From: Octopus sinensis
Taxonomy: Eukaryota
Assembly: GCF_006345805.1 (NCBI RefSeq)
Contig: NC_042997.1
Span: 113,150,001 to 113,214,000, forward strand
Length of the DNA: 64,000 nt
Direction: 5' to 3'
The position numbers and the translations under genes are program-made. The notes below the pieces were generated by a model. That model made no database searches. It saw nothing but the letters and a program-made list of their open reading frames with translations, and was not told the DNA's origin. Positions 51,126-63,040 of this stretch are shown in pieces (position 1 is the first letter of the stretch; the number at the start of each line of letters is the position of its first letter).

Positions 51126-52853
51126 CTAAGGAACAGAAACAAGTAGGTTAGTTTTCGATATAATAATTGGTGAGATTGCCAACATATTCGGCCTGTGTTG
51201 GCACCAGCTGTTGTATGGATGACAAGATTCTTCAGCTATTGTTTGTACACATCACATACACCATGCTGCATGGTCTTTCTTTGTTGTGGTGGAAGGCTTG
51301 CATACACCAACAGCTCTGAGACATGATGCTATGGAGAATCTAGTGTCTCCTGATTGGGTCACCCACTGAGGTAAGTTCGAAGAAGGGAATCCAGTCTGAA
51401 CATGATTAACCCTACTTTTAAGCTGTAGTGGTGAAGCAAACACAAGTAGACAACAATCATCATCATCATTGTTTAACGTTCGCTTTCCATGCTGGCACGG
51501 GTTGGACGGTTTTGACTGAGGGCTGGCGAACCAGATGGCTGCACCAGGCTCCAGTTTGATCTGGCAGAGTATCTACAGCTGGATGCCCTTCCTAACGCCA
51601 ACCACTCCGAGAGTGTAGTGGGTGCTTTTACGTGCCACTGGCACGGGATCCAGTCAGGCGGTACTGGTAATGACCTCACTCGAATCTTTTTACACATGCC
51701 AATGACACAGGTGCCAGTAAGGCGATGCTGGTAACAAATCCCGCTCGAATGGTGCCTCTTACATGCCACTGGTACGGAAGCCAGTTAGCCGCTCTGGCAA
51801 CGATCATGCTTGGATGGTGCTCTTAGCACCCTACTAGCACGGGGCACAAGTGCCAGTAAGGCGAAGCTGGTAACGATCACACTTGAATGGTGCCTTTATG
51901 TGCCACTGGCACAGAAGCTGGTTAGCTGCTCTGTCAACGATCATGCTTGTATGATGCTCGTGCCCGTCATCGAATTTCACTTTGATTTTGATTTCGATTT
52001 CACTTGCTTCAACAGGTCTTTGCAAGCAGAGTTTAGTGTCCAATGAAGGAAAGGTACGCATAAGTGGGCTGGTTACACCCCTGGCATAGGCCACGAGGTT
52101 ATGGTCTCATTTGGCTTGCTGGGTCTTCTCAAGCAATATTGTTTTCAAATTTAGGCATAAGGCCAAGAGTATCGGAGGAGAGAAATAGTCGATTATATCA
52201 ACACCAGTACCCATCTGGTACTTATTTTGTTGATCCAGAAAGGATGAAATATAAAGTTGTAAAGTCACAAGAAATGTGACTAAGTGTTTTGTTTGTTGCT
52301 GTAATAATTTTACCAGCTCACTGTTGGACAATAATATTGAATCTAAAATCTCGTGCTCCTGGTTGGGTCACCCATGGAGGTAAACTCAAAGAAGGGAATC
52401 CAATCTGAACACAATTAACCTCACTTCAAGACTTCAGTGGTAGAGCAAGCGGAAATGGACAATATCAATTGATTTGAGTAACATTTAAAGTGGTGGAGAA
52501 GGGCCAAGCCAGGTGGACTGACTTAGAAAAGGAACCACTAAAGACTACAACTGAATCAGCAACAGTCTGTTGATAATTTCCGTGCAAGATACTGTCCATC
52601 TTAATCTACATGGGCCACAGAAGATGGTCTTGAAATCATAGGGTATAGGTTAATTCCTGGCAAGTTAGAGATCCTTCATCATCATCATCATCTAGCATGG
52701 GTTGGACGGTTTGACTAAAAACTGGTAAACTGCGGTCGGGGGTGGGCAACTGCTCGAGGTGCCAATCTGATTTGGTAAGGTTTCTACATCTGGATGCCCT
52801 TCCTAATGCCAACCACTCCGAGAATGTAGTGGGTGTTTTTCCCGTGCCACTGG

Positions 52854-52934
52854 CATGGGTGCCATTGACCTGACACCAGCATGGGTGCCATTGACCTGAC
52901 ACCAGCATGGGTGCCATTGACCTGACACCAGCAT
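52854..52934. repeat. 26-bp tandem repeat, 3 exact copies
   Basis: Unit catgggtgccattgacctgacaccag, inside a minus-strand RTE 3' UTR. Confidence 0.92.
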
Positions 52935-53387
52935 TGGCCATGACTATGGTCTCACTTGGCTTCACAGGTCTATGGTATATCACCAAAGGTTTGGTCACCT
53001 GTCATTGCCTCTGTGAGGCCCAACACTCAAACGGTGCTTTTTACGTGCCATCACAACAGTTACTGTAAACAAATCCATGCTATTGATATTTCTTGTTCTC
53101 TTTTCCCTTCTAGGTATCTACTCCCTAGCAAGACACTATCCTTGTTCCCTTTTACCTTTAATTTCTCAACTGGCACAAAGCCACCACCCACCTCCATACC
53201 ACTCCCCCACTTCCAGTTGAGGCGTTTTGTCTTGGAAGTTGCTTGGTCACCATGTGCTGGTACCACGTAAAAAGTACTGGTGATGGTGCCACATAAAGAG
53301 CACCCAATACATTTTGTAAAGTGGTTGGCAATAGGAAGGGCATCCAGCCATAGAAACCATGCCAGAACAGATACAGGAGCCTGGTGG

Positions 53388-53730
53388 AGCTCCTGGCTTT
53401 ACTAGCTCCTGGCTTTACCAGCTCCTGGCTTTACTAGCTCTTGGCTTTACCAGCTCCTGGCTTAACCAGCTCCTGGTTTTACCAGCTCCTGGCTTTACCA
53501 GCTCCTGGCTTTACCAGCTCCTGGCTTTACTAGCTCCTGGCTTTACAAGCTCCTGGCTTTACCAGCTCCTGGCTTTACCAGCTCCCAGCTTTACCAGCTC
53601 CCGGCTTTACCAGCTCCTGGCTTAACCAGCACCTGGCTTTACCAGCTCCTGGCTTTACCAACTCCTCGCTTTACCAGCTCCTGGCTTAACCAACTCCTCG
53701 CTTTACCAGCTCCTGGCTTTACCAGCTCCT
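53388..53730. repeat. 16-bp minisatellite, ~21 copies, expanded inside an RTE tail
   Basis: Unit ggctttaccagctcct, flanked by normal tail sequence on both sides. Confidence 0.92.
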
Positions 53731-53986
53731 GTCAAATTGTGAACCATGCCAGCATGAAAGAGAGACGTTAAGTGATGATGAGTTCATGCAACAAGAGAAA
53801 AATTGAAATTCTGGATAAGCAACGGATATGCATACCAAGTCTACATGAAGAGAGATTGGCCTATTATTTATATTTAGTATGAAGTTGACCTGAAGACCCG
53901 ATACAACACATACTCTCTACACTCTTCGGTGGATTTCTATTAAAAAAATTTTGTGAGGTTTCTCTGTGCTGACCTGTCTTCTAAAA

Positions 53987-54100
53987 TGTAGTGACGCTAT
54001 CTTTGGAAGCTTTCAGCGCGCATGCGCAGAGTTGGATTACTTCCGGTAGGCCACCGGAAGTTCCCTTATGCGCATGTGCAGAGAACTGCAAACTGAAAGC
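53987..54100. promoter_or_regulatory. Dyad-symmetric promoter-like module (NRF1-ETS-ETS-NRF1 motifs)
   Basis: gctttcag (54009-16), GCGCATGCGC (54018-27), ACTTCCGGT (54039-47), ACCGGAAGT (54053-61), TGCGCATGTGC (54069-79), ctgaaagc (54093-100). Locally CpG-rich in a CpG-poor window. Confidence 0.65.
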
Positions 54101-55537
54101 GTTCCCTCTAAATCTGTCTTTTTGAATCAGCAACCCTACCGAGTGGATGTGACCAACCTTCTCTCAGAGAAAACCCTAATACATAGAGAAGCTCTCGTCT
54201 AAGTGGGAACGGAGACGGTAATTTTGGCTCACACAAGTGAACATTTGCGAACAGTCTTGAGGACTTGGCTACCGGTTCGCCCTTAAGGAAAATTATATGT
54301 GTATATATTTTTATTTGCGAAACCCGGAAAATAAAGTATTATTTATTGCCATTGAAGACAGTCGGATTTTGGTTCTCCCTTCGACAATTGTATGTAACAA
54401 GATAAGACAGACACCCCTCAAGTGTTCCTGAGACCTTCATCTTGTTACAAAAGCAATGGTTCTCATCCTGGACTGTAGTGTCCACTTGTAAATGTTCCTA
54501 GGGGTGATGGCGAATGTAAAAGGGGTGGAAAATATCAAAGCTTTTCTAATCCAAAGGAAATCTTGATCTCCAGCTTAACGTGGATATCTTAAAACATAGA
54601 TTACTGTATTATTTATCCTGAGAGAGGATCTCTCATAAGGATTGATGGTCCATAGATGTTCTTGTAATTATATCGCTGACAGACGAAAAACATCTGCTAT
54701 GGCCACCTGAACTTCCAGATCATGTAATTTCACCCTATGGTTTCTAATCAGTTTCTGTCTACCTAATTTCACTCAAAAGGATTGGGTTGACCCGAGGCAG
54801 CGGCAGAAGATACCCAAGATGCGAGATTGAAACTAAGACTTCTTTACCATTCAGCCGTGCTGTATTTTCATGGGAGTAAGCGGCAGTAGCAACACTCATT
54901 GCCTCCTCCACCACCACCACAACAACAAATAACAAGCATAACAATAACTACCACAACTGCAACATCGGCGATGACAACCACAACGAGAATAAAAGCAACA
55001 ACAACGACATCGATAACAAAAACGAGAACAGAGAACAGCTACAACAACGACAAAAACAAAGACGAAAACAAATAAAGACAACAATAATCTCTAACACCAC
55101 TACGCCGTCTGTGAGTATTTAATAATCTAGAGATGCTTTATGACAGGAACATTGAATTATTTCATGGTGTGATGGCAGAACCGTGTTATATTCCAATATC
55201 TCATTAACAGACAACATTAATAAATGACATATTACGAAACTCGTTCACACTGAAAAGAATCGCAGTCTTTGATACCGTTAAAGACTCGCAAAGTAAGATC
55301 AAGCATTACTGATAAATTCGTTGCATTTCTGTAATTATGTCACATCGTTTAACGTCCACTTTTCCACGCTTGCATGGGTCAGACAGAGTTTGATGAAGCA
55401 AATTCCATACAGCTGGATACCTTTCCTGTGGTCAGCCCTTGCTTGTTGCCAAGGAAGGTAATATTTTCCCATGGACAGACATGATTTTTACAGAAGACTG
55501 GAAACGAACAGTATCACTTCTATGGCGGTGATGCTTG

Positions 55538-55665
55538 TGTAGTGACGCTATATAGCGGCGCGCTCGCGCACCGTCCATTTTCTATTTCGCGCGTGTTGGT
55601 GCCTTCACCAAGGCACAGAAAGGAAGGACCCTCTCGCGCATGCGCGAACCACCGGAAGCACGACC
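55538..55665. promoter_or_regulatory. Second promoter-like module (E2F-, NRF1- and ETS-type motifs)
   Basis: TTTCGCGC (55585-92), perfect palindrome TCGCGCATGCGCGA (55634-47) and ACCGGAAGC (55651-59). This is the highest CpG density in the window. Confidence 0.65.
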
Positions 55666-55813
55666 CTTTTGCCTACCTGGTGGTTAGCCAAGGTAAGGGG
55701 GTCGTAGAACGTTTGACCGCTGGCAGCAGCAGCGGCGACTTGGGACAGCAGCGACCTAAGGAGCAGGACGTTAACATTTTCTCTCCGTTCGAACTGATTC
55801 TAGCAGTCCTTAC

Positions 55814-55872
55814 CAAAAGACTTTTAACCTGAATTGTTGCAGACCAACATCGTCTCCATTGTTCGACGCCAT
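55814..55872 (-). CDS. Probable first coding exon of an unrecognised gene
   Basis: caagATGGCG (strong start context, also a YY1-type motif) leads to MASNNGDDVGLQQFRLKVF plus TG|gtaagg, a strong donor in phase 2. It lies within the CpG-rich island. Confidence 0.55.
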
Positions 55873-57303
55873 CTTGAACCCCGTTATGTTTTGGCGGCTG
55901 AACATTGTAAATATTACAATCGATTAACTTTCAGCCTTGCGCGCCCAGAACCAAGGACATCAGATAACACACTTATTGTTATTGTTACCAAGAAAGAGAA
56001 TAAAGTAGTATATATATATTTTACGTCTGCGTCTTGTTGTTTCTGACTGGTAGAATTCTGGATTATTAAAGCAACGGCTAGTGAGTGATTGCTTTCTTGT
56101 ACCCCGAAAGAACAAGACAAGATATTCACACTCACATTAAGCTCGTTACACTTGCTTTCAACCATCACACGATGTCAAGAAAAAGTACACATGTGCACAC
56201 ACACACACACACGCACACACACACACAACAGGCATCTTTCAGTTTCTGTCTCCCAAATTCACTCTTAAGGATTTGGTCGGGTCAGGGTTATAGTGGAAAA
56301 CACTTGCTCAAGTTATCGCACAGTTGGACTGAATCCGAAATAACATACACACACACACGCGTGTGTGTGTGTGTTTCGACATCATGTTATGGTTGTAAAA
56401 CAGACATCAGTGTCATAAATTCGATGTTGTCTGTTTCCAGTCTTCCATGAAAACATGTCTGAGCAAAAGGAAATGTAACCCTGTTTGGAAACAAGTGAGA
56501 GTTCCTAATAAGAAGTACATCCAGTCGTAGAAAATCTGCCTCAATAAGATCCGTCTGACCCATGCAAGCATGGAAACGTGGATGCTAAAATGATGATGAT
56601 GATAATGATGACAATAACAGACTTCTTTAAGTTTCCGTACATCAAATCCACTCAAAGGCTTTGGTCAGCTTGAGGTACAATAGAAAACATTGGGCTGAAG
56701 TATCACTCAGTGGAACTGAACCCAATACCACTTGGTTGGGAAGCAAACCACGCAGCCACGCCTGTGCTTAAGTATGTCGTATATTTTGTGCAATGATTAA
56801 AATGTGAACCACATTCATATCATATTACATAAAAAAAGCTTCTTACATAACAGGAGTTACATTTAGCTGTCTTGAAGTTCCATATCAGCAAGACATGATT
56901 CCAGCATATTAATATGTTATAAACATTGTGGTTTTCCATGCAAGACCAGTTCACATTTTACATCACCTCTTCTACGGCATCAGTAGACACAAATAATCAA
57001 TAAATGTTGTATCTAACAGAACTGAGTGTGTGTGTAACGAGTTAGGCATATTCGTGAAGATAAAAGAAAAAATATTATACGGTTCGCCATGCCGCATGGT
57101 TATGAAACAGTTCATAATGTAAAAAAATATTTAATATCTTTCAAATATTTAATATATCTTAAAACACATTTAGTTTTGCTGCAATATATAACACCAGATT
57201 TCTGTCTACAATTCACTGACGACAACTGCATAATTGAGCGGCAGAGGTGTAACACTTTCAGGTAACCATGCTGTATGTAGAATGTGATGTAAAGTTATTT
57301 CAA

Positions 57304-57770
57304 CATTTGAGTGTACACGAATATGTTAAAAATAAATATACATGGATTTAACTGAACTAGAGCTACTGGTTCTGTCTTGAGTGAATGAATTCCAGCTTGA
57401 CAAAGCTTTGGACGCACTAGCACACATTTTTTGCTGCTTACACATAACAACAGCAGTTCTTAATGAGCTGTGAACAAATGATTCAGTTGTTCATCAAATT
57501 ATAACAGATGAAGCAGGGCCACACAGAAACACACGCTTTATAAACTGATGCCATCATCCACAGCCCAGTTCGATGTGTATGGAGACATTGTCCCATTCAA
57601 GTACCACAGTGAAGGTCTTTCCCCATTTGAGTGTATACGAATATGTTAATTATAAATGTTTACAACTTTAACTTATCCATCGCTGCTTAGTGTGCCTTTA
57701 ATTAATTAATGAATTCCAGCTTGATAAAGCTTAGCACATGCCAAATGTATTTTTTGACGCTTACATATAA
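57304..57770. repeat. Diverged ~145-bp direct duplication (57304-57447 and 57624-57770) with conserved blocks
   Basis: Shared catttgagtgta(c/t)acgaatatgttaa, aatgaattccagcttga(c/t)aaagctt and gcttaca. The sequence between blocks is poorly conserved. Confidence 0.8.
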
Positions 57771-58163
57771 AGGTCGACCAAAGCCTTGTGAATAGATTTG
57801 CTGGACAGAAACTGAAAGAAGTCTGTTGTGCGTGCGTAGTATGTGTGTGTATAAGAATAATATAACACGAGAATGAAGGATATCAGGTTTTAATAATAGA
57901 CCACAACATTTGTTTTTGCTCAGCACACGAGCTTTAAGTTGCCGACTCTATATTTATATACCATTATACAATATTATTCTTTATAATTACAATATAATTG
58001 AATCTTTTTCATCAACACTCGATGAAGCGCCCACACACAGCTGTTTCTGGAAAAGATTCAACAATATTATAATTGTAAAGAATGATCATGTATAATTAGT
58101 ATTTGAATTTAAATTCAGCAACTTAAACCTGTTATCATCATCATCATCATCATCACCACCACC

Positions 58164-58208
<45 letters not shown>

Positions 58209-60923
58209 GTTTAACATCCGCTTTCCATGCTGGCATGGGTTGGATGATTTGACTGAGGGCTGGCGAACCAGAAGGCTGCACCAGTCTCCAATCTGATCTG
58301 GCAAAGTTTCTACAGCTGGATGTCCTTCCTAATGCCAACCACTCCGAGAGACTAGTTGTGCGGTGCAGAAACAAATGTGGTCTACTATTAAAGCCTGTTA
58401 TCCTCCATCCTTGTGTTATATTATTCTTAAATTAATCTTATGCAAAGGTGAGTTCCGCATGTGTATCCACCCCTGGAATATACCCTACTATAGGATAACA
58501 GATGGTGGTGAAATAATGGCATAAGGGCTCTTAAATGCACGTTACGATTTTTTTAACCCGAATTATACGATGTGTGTGTGTGTTTATCTCACACCACTGC
58601 TTGAAGACCTGTGTTGGTGTGTTTATGTTCCTGTAACTTAGCAGTTTGGCAAAAGAGACTGATAGAATAAGTACCAGACCTAAAAATGACTACTGGGGCT
58701 AATTTGTTTGATTAAAACCGTGAAGGGTTTGCCCCAGAATGGCCCAAGTCCAGTGACTGAAACAGGTAAAAGATGTGTGTGTGTGTGTGTGTCATTGTCT
58801 TCATAACACGGGATAGTTGTAAACAAGTGTCACTGTCCTTCAAGCGCTTGTTTCCAGTCTTCTCACGTAAAACATCTCTGGGTATGAGAAAACATTACCT
58901 CAGCTGCAAACTGGTGAGCGTTGGTGACAGGAAAGGTATCCAGTCGTAGAAAATCTGCGTCAACAAATTCCATCTGACCCATGCAAGCATGGAAAAGTAG
59001 ACGTTAAAATGATGATGATGATGATGACTGAGCCTGTCACAATTTGTAATAAGACAGTGCCTTTTGAATGACAGAAATAACCCATCTGATGGGCTTCTGT
59101 GCAGTTTCCATCTGCCCAGGTTTACTCACAATGTTTGGTTTGGCTGGATGCCATAGAAAATGACATTTGCCTAAGATGCAACGAAGTAAGATTGAACCCG
59201 AAATTTCTTGGTTGCCAAGCGAACTTTGTAACCATTCAACCAAACTTTGGGCATCTAATTACATATATTATTAAGTGTAAAGAGTAATAAAAGCCTCCTT
59301 CCCTTCACATCAAACGAAGGAGAGAAGAGGGTGAAGAGGAGGAGAAGTAAGTAGAAACAATGTGGGCTGGGGGGGAAGAAATGAAACAAAAAAACATGTA
59401 TAAAAGAACAAAGAAATGAGAAAGAAGGAAGAAAGATAATGATGATAATGAAAGAAGATAAGAAAGAAGAACTTTGATGTTAAAAAAAAGGGAAAAAAGA
59501 AACAACTTATCTCACCCTGCTTTCCTCATTTATTAAACACAGAAGGTGGCTTGTTTAGTCTCAGAAGCGACACCAGATTATATTTAACTAAACACTTCTT
59601 GTATTATATATACACACAGGGAAGGACAGACAGACAACAAACAGACACACAGACACAATAAGTAAAACACACACATACATGCATGTTTAAATTCACCCAC
59701 ACACAACATAACATAAATAACAACAAACACAACACGTGTTCAAATCCTCCTGTAATTGATTTTTCCCGTCCCTCACCCAGTATCCTCACTTAAAAAAATC
59801 AATCGACCGTGAAGGTTGCCACATTTAAAAGCTATTTTTTTGGACTGTTTTAATATTTTTTGCTTCTGTGATTGTTTTTTTAATGTCTCGCTTGTGGATT
59901 GTGGACCATGGAGCATCACACTAGCAGGAATGTATTTTCACACGCAAGGAAAGAACTAGGCATACGTACACAAACATACACAGACATTCGTATACGTACA
60001 TCAACCATACATGCACATACAAACATGAAGGTTGAGTTCCCTGGAATACACTCACTATCAAAAGCCTACGTATACATAATGGGTAATAAAATAATTACAC
60101 ACACATGCAGAACACTAAAGCGACGTACATACACCAATACATGAATGACTGTATGTATATATATAGATATACACACACAAACACACACACACACACACGC
60201 GCGCATATATATACACATATACACACAACAGCCAGTTATCCACACATCATTGCTTATAGATCCCAACACACACCATAGCCTATACACACCACTGTTGCTA
60301 TATCCAACACACACACCATTGCAGCTGTATCCACCCACGTCACAACCGGTATATCCTCACACACATACACACAAATTCATGTTTTACGTATTCATAAATA
60401 AATCCCTGTAAGCTAGGGGCTAAACACAGAGAGGACAAACAAGGACAGACAAACGGATTAAGTCGATTATAGCGACCCCAGTGCTTAACTGGTACTTATT
60501 TAAACGACCCCGAAAAGATGAAAGGCAAAGTTGACCTCGGTGGAATTTGAACTCAGAATGTAACGACAGACGAAATACCGCTAAGCATTTCGCCCGGCAC
60601 GCTAACGTGTCTGCCAGCTCGCCGCCTTAGAGCTAATGAACTTATAGCTACTGTGTGTATGTGTGTGTGTGCGTGTGTCCATGAAGCGATCTCATAATTA
60701 AGGCAGCATTTTAAACATAAATATACAAGGCTGCCTTATTTTTTTAAGGACATTTGTCAATGCATTTTCTTTCACTCGGAGCCAGGAGCTATAAAACCAA
60801 TTTCAAACAATCCAAATTACTACAAGTGACAGGTTTTTAGCACATCTGATGATCTCTTTCCTATCATCATCATCATTGTCATTATCGTTTAACATCCTCC
60901 TTCCATGCTGGCTTGGGTGGGAT

Positions 60924-61433
60924 GGTTTGACAGGAGACGGCCACGAAATTTTTTTCCCCACGATAGTTATGAACTCATTTGCATACAGCCAATCAGAGCT
61001 CAGCTATCAAACTAATTTATGATGATGATTACAAGGTAAGATCACTTGGGTAAGGAATGAGCATGTGTCTTTTCTCTTTTAAGAATTCTTGTTGTTCTTG
61101 TTCTTGTTTCAACCATGGCTGCCTCTGTGTTGTTGTTTACTTTGTAAAACAGTAAGAGGAGAGGGTTGCCAGTACATCACCCTCTACCCACATCTTTACC
61201 ATATGGGGCCCTAACAAAATCCGATAACAGGTATAGATGCCTATTTATTTAATTACTTGTCTCCTAAAATCAGGCATAACTTGGTGACTGGTTGGTTGAC
61301 TTACAACACTGTTCTTCGTCTTGAATTTACTTGGTTTTAACTTGACAACCAGGTCAAGGTGAGCAGATGAGTTCATTGCTGGGGTCCAGAACTCTCGTGG
61401 GGAAAAAATTATGTGGCTGTCTCCTGTCAAACC
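60924..61433. mobile_element. ~510-bp insertion bounded by ~60-bp inverted repeats, interrupting an RTE tail
   Basis: ggtttgacaggagacggccacgaaatttttttccccacga...atgaactcatttgc versus gcagatgagttcat...tcgtggggaaaaaattatgtggctgtctcctgtcaaacc. Confidence 0.65.
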
Positions 61434-61915
61434 AGACTTCTAAGTCTGTCTTGGCAGGGTTTTTACGGCTGGATGCCCTTCCTAACACCAACCACCTGGC
61501 AAAGTGGACTGAGTGCTTTTTATGTGGCACAAGCACAGGAGAGGTCAGGTTTGGCAAGGTTTTTACAGCTGGATGCCTTTCCAAACACCAACCATTTTAC
61601 AGTGTGGACTGGGTGCTTTTTATGTGCCAGTGGCACACAGTAGATGGAAACTATGTCAAAGCTTAATAGAAGGGGTGGGGAATGATCCTGTTTTTGGTGG
61701 AAGAGTAATATATATTGAGTTCATGTTTTGGCACAAAGGTAAGTTGATTACGTCAACCCCCAGTGTTCAACCCGTAATTATTTTATAGACCTGCCAAAAG
61801 GACGAAAGGGGTTCATGAGAAAACTCATTTAAATAAAAAGATTGGGGACCATTGACTTATAACACCATCGTTGAACATCTGCCTTCCAAATTGGCATGGG
61901 TGGGATGGTTTAACA

Positions 61916-62140
61916 CAGGGGTGGGCAAACTACGGCCCGCGGGTTGCATGCGGCCCGCCATAGGTTTTCATGCGGCCCGCCGAGAGGAATATTTCACAAA
62001 ATTTCCTTTCAATCAATTGTGTGTTTATAGGTCTATAACCGCCTTTAAAAATATTTTCACTTGATTTTTATAAATGAGGCCCGCCAAGGTTCCAAAGACG
62101 CACTGTGCGGCCCGCGATCAAAAAAGTTCGCCCACCCCTG
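61916..62140. mobile_element. hAT-superfamily (Charlie/MER1-like) MITE, 225 bp
   Basis: TIRs caggggtgggcaaact / agttcgcccacccctg, a perfect 8-bp TSD gtttaaca (61908-15 and 62141-48) and several internal ggcccgc motifs. Confidence 0.9.
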
Positions 62141-62599
62141 GTTTAACAGAAGCATTTGAACTCCGAACAAAATGTCAGAAGAAATGCCGCAAAGCAGTTT
62201 TTCTGGTGCAGAAATGATTCTGTCAGCTCAGCACCATAGCAGACTGCATTTATTACTCAGTTTAACACTCTACCGGACCCTTAAGCGCTTTTGGAAGCGT
62301 CCATTCTGCTGCAAGCACTCTGGCTAAATCTCTAGTTTTAGGATAAATCCCCTGTCTTCATTGCATAAAAGTCTTGGAGATGCTGTTGGAAGGTTTGGCA
62401 TGATCATGGGTATGATTGCTCTTACTTAAAAAAACAAAAATTCAAAAAATGAAGAATATCACATCTAAAGTTTAAATCTTGGCTAGTGCAGCTTTCATAT
62501 TGGAAATTTACAGACACTTTTTTCAATAATATCTATAATTTTTAGTGGTGGTGGTGGGTGAGGGAATTCAAAATTATGCCACGTAAAAAGCACTGAGTC

Positions 62600-63040
62600 C
62601 CATATGCCATACTCGTACGCCATGCTCATACACTATACCCATATGGCATGCCCGAATACAATGCCTGTATGCTATGCCTGTACACTATAACTGTATGCTA
62701 TGCCCTTACACCATGCCATATGCTATGCCTATATACCATGCCCGTACACCTTGCCCATATGCCATGCTCATATGCTATGCCGGAACACTATGCATGTACA
62801 CTATGCCCATACACTACGCCCGTATGCTATACCTGTACGCTACGCTCATACACCATGCTGTATGCCATGCCCATACACCATGCCTCTATGTTATGCCCAT
62901 ATGCCATGCCCGTAGACCATGCCTGTACCCCATGCTCATACACTATGTCTGTACACTGTGCCCATATGCTATGCCTGTATGCTATACCTGTACACCATGC
63001 AGTATGCTATGCTTATATGCTATGCCCATACACTATGGCT
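62600..63040. repeat. Degenerate minisatellite built from atgccc/atgcta/atacacc words
   Basis: Open in three frames (M/P/C/Y/A/H-rich), with no splice signals. Confidence 0.8.

Noticed and set aside
54165-54300. Telomerase RNA candidate (AACCCTAA downstream of a Pol II-type promoter)
   Set aside because: There are only 8 nt of template match, and no convincing pseudoknot, P6.1 or H/ACA domain could be folded by eye. An Infernal search with an animal telomerase RNA model would settle it.
54860-55110. N/Q/T-rich open frame ending at a gtgagt donor on the plus strand
   Set aside because: It is preceded by an in-frame stop, with no ATG or good acceptor. Its composition is degenerate (CAA)n, so it is more likely UTR or intron.
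57200-57680. U1 snRNA-like words (actgcataatt, gaaggtctttccc, cttatccat)
   Set aside because: The matches are short, scattered, and in the wrong order and spacing. The 5' ATACTTACCTG is absent.
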